Part shown: in pieces, positions 58,449-64,000 of the stretch
Layout: each line of letters starts with the position of its first letter
Numbering within the stretch: the first letter of the stretch is position 1
Source: a virus
Lineage: Duplodnaviria; Caudoviricetes
IMG/VR virus record: IMGVR_UViG_3300024346_000004
Reading direction: 5' to 3' (one strand)
DNA: 64,000 nucleotides
Position numbers and translations under genes: made by a program
The notes under the pieces: model-generated
Seen by the model: only the letters and a program-made list of their open reading frames with translations
What the model was told of the DNA's origin: nothing
Databases searched by the model: none

Positions 58449-58746
58449 TCTTATCCTTATTTTCTAATAGCTGTTCAATTCTTTCATAATCTAAAAAATA
58501 CACTTCATCTTCTTTTTCTGTATCTTCGTTGATTTTATTCCATCTAGGACCAATATTTTCAAGATAGCGTTCAGGAACATTACCATTGATCGTAACTTCT
58601 GGGTTGAAACCTGCTGTACCATTAATAAACATTGACACCCATCTGCCCTTTTTCTTTTCTACTAATAAAAGCCATACCGCAAGCATATCTTCAATAGCTT
58701 TTGCTTGTCCTTCAGATACGTTATCAATTACAATATTTAGTTTCAT
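58438..58746 (-). CDS. hypothetical protein
   Basis: 102 aa; TAAAAT 7 nt before the ATG. Confidence 0.6.
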   Translation of the reverse strand: MKLNIVIDNVSEGQAKAIEDMLAVWLLLVEKKKGRWVSMFINGTAGFNPEVTINGNVPERYLENIGPRWNKINEDTEKEDEVYFLDYERIEQLLENKDKNDS

Positions 58747-58764
58747 ATTTTTAATTTTACAATT

Positions 58765-59928
58765 TTAATTAAACATTCTATCTGGATTACCAAAAGAAAT
58801 ACGCTCAGGTAACATATATTTCTTTTGCATATCAAATGTTTCTAATGGGATATCAAACAAAGATAAATTCATATCTTTTTCTTGAATAGTATGAGTAAAT
58901 CTAATCCCTACGCTAAATGGTTTGCCTTGAATTTCATATGGGATTTTCTTCCAGAGTTCTACAGCTTGATTCATCCAGTAACCGTGATTAGAAGATGAAG
59001 TTACTATTGGAGTAGAGAACTTATAACAACCTTTAGATGGCTTATTTTTCCAAGATAAAAATATATCTAATTTACTAGCGGATAATCTATATTCTGTTAG
59101 GCGATTAAGACCACGACAGATAAGAGCTTCAAAAATAGTATAAGCTCCTTCCATAGATTTCATATTAGGGGGAAGTACGTGAGCATGGCCAATAGTAGCT
59201 GGTATATCTTTATAATGCATGCCGTAATCACAGTCTATATTACCTCTCAACATGTAATACCATCTGGCCCCAACAACACTGCCCCAAGCTTTTTTCAATT
59301 GTATTTCATCTAAAGAACATAAATCTTTTACTGAATAAATAGAAGAATTATTTAATCTCTTCTGCATTCTAGTATTAATACCGGGAAGATCTCTTAGGTT
59401 TAAGTTATATAAATCTTCATAAGATTTCACAATTGTAAATCCATTAGGTTTTTGAAAATCAGATGCAACTTTAGCTAAGAATGTATTATTACTAACTCCA
59501 ATAGAACATGACATACATTCTCCTAGTTCTTTAAAAATATCTGATTTTAATGCTGCTGATATCTTGAAATAATCTGTATCAGACATATCTTCTATATCGC
59601 AAGACATTTCATCAATAGACAATACTTTTACATTACAGAAATGTCTTTTTAAAATGCGGACCAATTTAGTATGCATCTTTACATATTCTAATGGTCTAGC
59701 TTCAACAACATTAAGTAACGGGTATTTTCTTACAGCATCCAGAACACTCATCCCAGATTTAATACCATGAGCTTTAGCTTCATAACTAGCAGCAATAGCA
59801 CAAGTATAATCAGTAAGAATAGGTACTACTATTGTGGGCTGTTTTCTATATTTCTTATTTTGTTGCTGCTCTATAGAAGAATAAAAGCTGTTCATATCAA
59901 TGAACAGCTTTCTTGCGTTGTTAGCCAT
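58765..59928 (-). CDS. dinB: Y-family DNA polymerase (DinB/UmuC-like)
   Basis: FIDMNSFYSS, AASYEAK..G, SIDE, SIGV..FLAKVASD..KPNG, DLPGI. Confidence 0.9.
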   Translation of the reverse strand: MANNARKLFIDMNSFYSSIEQQQNKKYRKQPTIVVPILTDYTCAIAASYEAKAHGIKSGMSVLDAVRKYPLLNVVEARPLEYVKMHTKLVRILKRHFCNVKVLSIDEMSCDIEDMSDTDYFKISAALKSDIFKELGECMSCSIGVSNNTFLAKVASDFQKPNGFTIVKSYEDLYNLNLRDLPGINTRMQKRLNNSSIYSVKDLCSLDEIQLKKAWGSVVGARWYYMLRGNIDCDYGMHYKDIPATIGHAHVLPPNMKSMEGAYTIFEALICRGLNRLTEYRLSASKLDIFLSWKNKPSKGCYKFSTPIVTSSSNHGYWMNQAVELWKKIPYEIQGKPFSVGIRFTHTIQEKDMNLSLFDIPLETFDMQKKYMLPERISFGNPDRMFN

Positions 59929-59942
59929 AAACTATTATAAGG

Positions 59943-60293
59943 CTACATGAACTTTACTGCAAGCCCTTTTTGAAGTAACAATTCATTTACATTTACCCAG
60001 CCATCCGGTCCTTTAACATAAACAATGGCAAGATATCTACCATATTTTTCTTGTTTATCCTTAATAGTTTGAACCATTATAGGTTTATTAAGGAGTAGGT
60101 CGGTTAAGAAAACTTTAGATTCCAGTCCTGCTACTCTTGTTTCACCACGAGTCTCAGGAGCGTTAATACCAGCAAATCTAAAATCCATATCGTAGAAATT
60201 GACACCGAAACCTAAATCAACCTGACAGTGAATTGTGTCTCCATCTACTACTTTTTTTACTATGGCCGAATAATAATAAAGATTATCTGTCAT
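59943..60293 (-). CDS. thermonuclease (SNase-like) family protein
   Basis: VVDGDTI, R.AGINAPE, EKYGRYLA, VNELL..GLA. Confidence 0.88.
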   Translation of the reverse strand: MTDNLYYYSAIVKKVVDGDTIHCQVDLGFGVNFYDMDFRFAGINAPETRGETRVAGLESKVFLTDLLLNKPIMVQTIKDKQEKYGRYLAIVYVKGPDGWVNVNELLLQKGLAVKFM

Positions 60294-60294
60294 A

Positions 60295-60450
60295 CTACAT
60301 TACAGGGGGAGTTGGTGGCTTAACTTCAGTATTACAAGCAAACTGAGATAAACCAACAGCTAAAACACCAAACGTTACAACATAGAAAATAATCTTAAGA
60401 TATTTGTCCATTGATGTCTTTTTAGTATTAAGAGGATCGTACACTCCCAT
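60295..60450 (-). CDS. small membrane/lipoprotein-like protein (51 aa, not in the ORF track)
   Basis: MGVYDPLNTKKTSMDKYLKIIFYVVTFGVLAVGLSQFACNTEVKPPTPPVM; SD AGGA; fills the groL-nuclease gap. Confidence 0.55.
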   Translation of the reverse strand: MGVYDPLNTKKTSMDKYLKIIFYVVTFGVLAVGLSQFACNTEVKPPTPPVM

Positions 60451-60485
60451 TTTCCTACTCCTTTCTATTTGATTTATTTCACTCT

Positions 60486-62102
60486 TTATTGGAGCATATC
60501 GCCACTAACAAGAACCTTATCGGATTCTACAGGCTTATCTACAATAAGAGTCTCTGTTGTCAATACTAGCCCTGCAATTGAAGCTGCATTCTGTAAAGCA
60601 CAACGAGTTACTTTAGCAGGATCGATAATACCAGACTCTAGCATATTAACAATCTTGCCTAGTCTAGCATCTAAACCCTTGCCTTCTTTGCTTTTTAAAA
60701 CATCATTGACAACAACATCTGGACTCATACCAGCGTTAAGGGCAATACGGCGGAGAGGAGCTTCTAATGCTTTCTTGACAATTAGGACTCCGATATTCTC
60801 ATCTTCGTCAGCAAGCTTTAGTCTTAGTTTCTTTGCAGCTCTAAGAAGAGTAACACCGCCACCAGGAACAATGCCTTCTTCAACAGCAGCTCTCGTCGCA
60901 GCCAAAGCATCTTCATAACGATACTTCTTTTCAATCATTTCAGCCTCAGTAGAAGCTCCAACTTTGATTACTGCAACACCACCAGAAAGCTTTGCGATTC
61001 TTCCAGACAAGATTCTATGTTCATAATCAGATTCTACAGATTCAAGAGTAGCCTTGATTTGTAGAATACGATCTTCAATATCTTGTCCACTTCCACCGCC
61101 ATCAACAATAGTAGTAGATTCCTTAGATACTTCAATAAGCTTCGCACTACCTAGATACTCAGAAGTAGCATCGGACAATGTACTTCCCATCTCTGAAGAA
61201 ATAACTTTACCACCTGTCAACGCAGCGAGGTCATATAAATAATCTTTCTTCTGAGCAGCAAATCCAGGTGTTTTAATCGCTACCCATGGCTTCTTACCTT
61301 GATATGCATTAATAACTAATAACTGTAATGCATCACCCTCTACAGATTCAGCAACAATAACAAGAGGACGTTTACCATTAACAATATCTGGAGTCTTTTG
61401 AATAAATTCTACAAGAGCCTTAGCATCATTGATCTTACCATCATGAAGTAATACAAAAGGATCAACATGCTTTGCAGTCATTTTTTCAGGATTATTAACA
61501 AAATGAACTGAGATATATCCCTTGTCAATTTGCATACCTTCTACAAAATCCAAAGTTGTTTCTCTGCCTCTGGATTCTTCGATAGTAATAACACCATCCT
61601 TGCCAACACCTTCCATGGCATCCGCAACAAGATTACCAACTTCAGCTTCATTTCCAGAAATTGTAGCTACGAAATTAATTTCATCTTTATTTTCAATCGG
61701 CTTGGAAATATTTCTAATAATCTCTACTACTGCATCTACGGCCTTATCAATACCACGCTTGAGACTAATTGGATTACCACCAGCAGCAACATATCTTAAG
61801 CCTTCTTTAACTAATGCTTGAGCCAGAACTGTAGCGGTGGTTGTTCCATCCCCTGCTACATCATTAGTCTTGGCAGATACTTGCTTACATAATTGAGCCC
61901 CAAGATCTTCATACGGACATTCAAGGGTGATATTTTTAGCAACTGTAACGCCATCTTTAGTAACGATTGGTCCAGAAGGAGTTTGGATAACAACATTTCT
62001 ACCACGAGGACCAAGGGTACAGGCAACAGATTCTCCAACTATTACAATACCCCGTTCAATTGCTTTACGTGATTCATCACCACTTAGAATCATTTTACTC
62101 AT
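60486..62102 (-). CDS. groL: chaperonin GroEL
   Basis: [46 protein letters not shown]. Confidence 0.96.
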   Translation of the reverse strand: MSKMILSGDESRKAIERGIVIVGESVACTLGPRGRNVVIQTPSGPIVTKDGVTVAKNITLECPYEDLGAQLCKQVSAKTNDVAGDGTTTATVLAQALVKEGLRYVAAGGNPISLKRGIDKAVDAVVEIIRNISKPIENKDEINFVATISGNEAEVGNLVADAMEGVGKDGVITIEESRGRETTLDFVEGMQIDKGYISVHFVNNPEKMTAKHVDPFVLLHDGKINDAKALVEFIQKTPDIVNGKRPLVIVAESVEGDALQLLVINAYQGKKPWVAIKTPGFAAQKKDYLYDLAALTGGKVISSEMGSTLSDATSEYLGSAKLIEVSKESTTIVDGGGSGQDIEDRILQIKATLESVESDYEHRILSGRIAKLSGGVAVIKVGASTEAEMIEKKYRYEDALAATRAAVEEGIVPGGGVTLLRAAKKLRLKLADEDENIGVLIVKKALEAPLRRIALNAGMSPDVVVNDVLKSKEGKGLDARLGKIVNMLESGIIDPAKVTRCALQNAASIAGLVLTTETLIVDKPVESDKVLVSGDMLQ

Positions 62103-62210
62103 AAAATTCCTACCTTTATATTACAAAAACCTGATCGTTTTGTAAATCAAACATTTGGCCTTTTCCTATTGGATTTCAGGACAATCCATAAACCTATGTA
62201 CAAAAAAAAT

Positions 62211-62987
62211 ATGATTTCAATAGTTATGGTAACTTACAATAGAGCTCATTTATTAGCTAGATCTTTAGAATTATATCATAGACAACAATACAAAGATTTT
62301 GAATTAATTGTTGTTGATGATGATTCAACTGATGATACCCAAAACTTACTTAAACAGTGGTCAAATTTCTTAGATATCAAAACAATAATCGTAAGAAAAA
62401 AACCTGGATTATGGCGTGATTGTGCAAGAAATATTAATCTTGGAATAAGAGCAGCTAAAAATGACATCATAGTTGCGACACACCCAGAAGTAATACCGGG
62501 TAGTGAAGCTTTAATTAATATATACAATAATATGCAAGATGAAATGTATTTAGCTTGTAAAATATATTACCTTACACAAGAAGAACAAATTAATATTGAT
62601 TCTGTTGACTGGAAAGAAGATACGCTCAATATTAGAAAATTAGATGGTTTTTATAATCCAGAAATAGTATCGGATTATTCCCATATAAAAATGGATCAAC
62701 ATACAGATTGGCAGTCATGGGTATTTGGTGCTATGACTAAAAAAACATGGCGTAGAATCGGTGGAATGACTGAATTTGATGAATGGGGAAGTATTGATAT
62801 GGATTTTCTTTGGAGAAGACATTTATTAAATATTCCTACCAAAACATTATTAGATTCTAGATCAATCTGTATTCATCAAAATCACGATATTGAAGGTAAT
62901 GTAATAACACCGAGGGATATGGATAAAGCAAGAAGTGTGTTACCTAATTATCCATCCCCTCAAGATGCTATACATAAAAATCTATAG
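62211..62987 (+). CDS. glycosyltransferase family 2
   Basis: ISIVMVTYNR, FELIVVDDDSTD, N.GIRAA, WGSIDMDF; start could be 62196. Confidence 0.85.
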   Translation: MISIVMVTYNRAHLLARSLELYHRQQYKDFELIVVDDDSTDDTQNLLKQWSNFLDIKTIIVRKKPGLWRDCARNINLGIRAAKNDIIVATHPEVIPGSEALINIYNNMQDEMYLACKIYYLTQEEQINIDSVDWKEDTLNIRKLDGFYNPEIVSDYSHIKMDQHTDWQSWVFGAMTKKTWRRIGGMTEFDEWGSIDMDFLWRRHLLNIPTKTLLDSRSICIHQNHDIEGNVITPRDMDKARSVLPNYPSPQDAIHKNL

Positions 62988-63737
62988 TGTTTTAACTAGT
63001 TCTTCATATTGCTTTAATACATGTTGATTTTTACTAATAACCCAGTATGCATCAGTAAAAACAGGCTTGATATATTTACTTAGGCAGAATCTTTCCACTG
63101 CTTTTCTAACATCATTAATCCAAATATCGTCTCCAAACATAACCCCGTCTGGAGCAAGTAATGTGTTATATGCTTGGAGATCATTATAAACATCTTCTTC
63201 TTCGTGGGATGCATCAATGAAGATTAATTCAGAAACAACATCTGCAGCTTTAAAATATCTCGCACCCATTGTTGAAGGCATAGGAAAAGGAATAACCATG
63301 TCTTGAATTCCTTCATGCATCATATTGGCAAGGAATGAATAATAAACACTAGGATATCCATTCTTTAGTTTTAATTCATCATAGCGTTCTTTGTGGAAAT
63401 CAGGGTTAGATACAAAATCATTAAACCAAGAATTGTCAATCACACTTCTTTGATGGGTGAAAAATTCTCTAGCACCTAACCAAGTATCTACACAAGCAAT
63501 CCCACAAAAATGATCCAACTCTTTAGCATACTTAGCCATCACTGAAGCTGATTTGCCCTTCCATGAGCCAGCTTCAATAATTAACGTAGGCTGAACAATC
63601 TTGATCAATGCTTCAAATGTAGCTGTAGTATGAGTCCATCCGGTTACATCATGCTTATACTTTTTATATTGAAATTTTTCATATGGATTCACTAAATGAA
63701 ATAATCTCTCTAAATTCTTAAATTCTTCTTGTGTCAT
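62982..63737 (-). CDS. class I SAM-dependent methyltransferase
   Basis: IIEAGSWKGKS, CVDTW, IFIDASH..V..D, L.PDG..GDD. Confidence 0.85.
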   Translation of the reverse strand: MTQEEFKNLERLFHLVNPYEKFQYKKYKHDVTGWTHTTATFEALIKIVQPTLIIEAGSWKGKSASVMAKYAKELDHFCGIACVDTWLGAREFFTHQRSVIDNSWFNDFVSNPDFHKERYDELKLKNGYPSVYYSFLANMMHEGIQDMVIPFPMPSTMGARYFKAADVVSELIFIDASHEEEDVYNDLQAYNTLLAPDGVMFGDDIWINDVRKAVERFCLSKYIKPVFTDAYWVISKNQHVLKQYEELVKTL

Positions 63738-63740
63738 ATT

Positions 63741-64000
63741 TTAATCCTTAAATAAATTTATTATATTATTGTATGATGGAGCTTTTGTTACAGAATTTTT
63801 ATTTTCAGAAATAGTTCTTAATGTATACAATAGACCATGATTTACAATAGATGTAGATAAATTATTATATACACCTACTTTTCCTTCGTAAGCTAAAGAA
63901 TGTGCTGTTTGCTTTTCATTAATTAAATAACGTAAAGCTGATTCCCATGTAGCTTGATTGTCACATAAAATACCACCATTGTTCAGCTTATTATATTTGA
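63741..64000 (-). CDS. glycosyltransferase-like C-terminal fragment (truncated by window edge)
   Basis: open frame ..GGILCDNQATWESALRYLINEK..LAYEG.. resembling a GT-B C-terminus. Confidence 0.5.
   Translation of the reverse strand, partial: KYNKLNNGGILCDNQATWESALRYLINEKQTAHSLAYEGKVGVYNNLSTSIVNHGLLYTLRTISENKNSVTKAPSYNNIINLFKD

Noticed and set aside
60469-62145. Plus-strand ORFs overlapping groL, and similar short antisense or nested ORFs in fibre genes, clpX and trxB
   Set aside because: Shadow frames of well-supported genes, with no independent signals
1-64000. Alternative genetic code (TAG or TGA recoding)
   Set aside because: Known genes are full length in code 11 and both TAG and TGA end genes at tight junctions; only one suspicious TGA (44115)

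Overview
AT-rich, densely coding segment of a large (jumbo-type) bacteriophage genome in the standard genetic code; no tRNA, rRNA or CRISPR array was seen. It holds a RecD-like helicase, ClpX, a lytic transglycosylase, a ~19 kb tail-fibre/adhesin cassette (LamG domains, three fibres with a shared C-terminal domain), a CHAP amidase, stand-alone secretin N-domain proteins, a redox cluster (TrxB, SOD, ferritin-like, IscA), GIY-YIG and HNH endonucleases, three paralogous beta-helix proteins, a sigma factor, DinB, an Ogg-like glycosylase, GroEL and glycosyl/methyltransferases. Highlights beyond gene annotation: (1) a ~740 nt densely structured non-coding RNA (41302-42047, minus strand) with its own promoter, boxA-like 5' motif and terminator; (2) at least seven otherwise unrelated proteins share an N-terminal helical leader ending in (K/R)-h-(A/S)-Q, a candidate virion-packaging/processing tag; (3) most of those genes and several structural genes follow a non-host promoter motif AGG-N17-(T/A/G)AGAA, while host-like metabolic genes have -10 boxes only 5-8 nt from the ATG (leaderless); (4) a structured 5' UTR with c-di-AMP-riboswitch-like sub-motifs precedes the lytic transglycosylase. 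All family calls come from motif recognition by eye; no searches were run.
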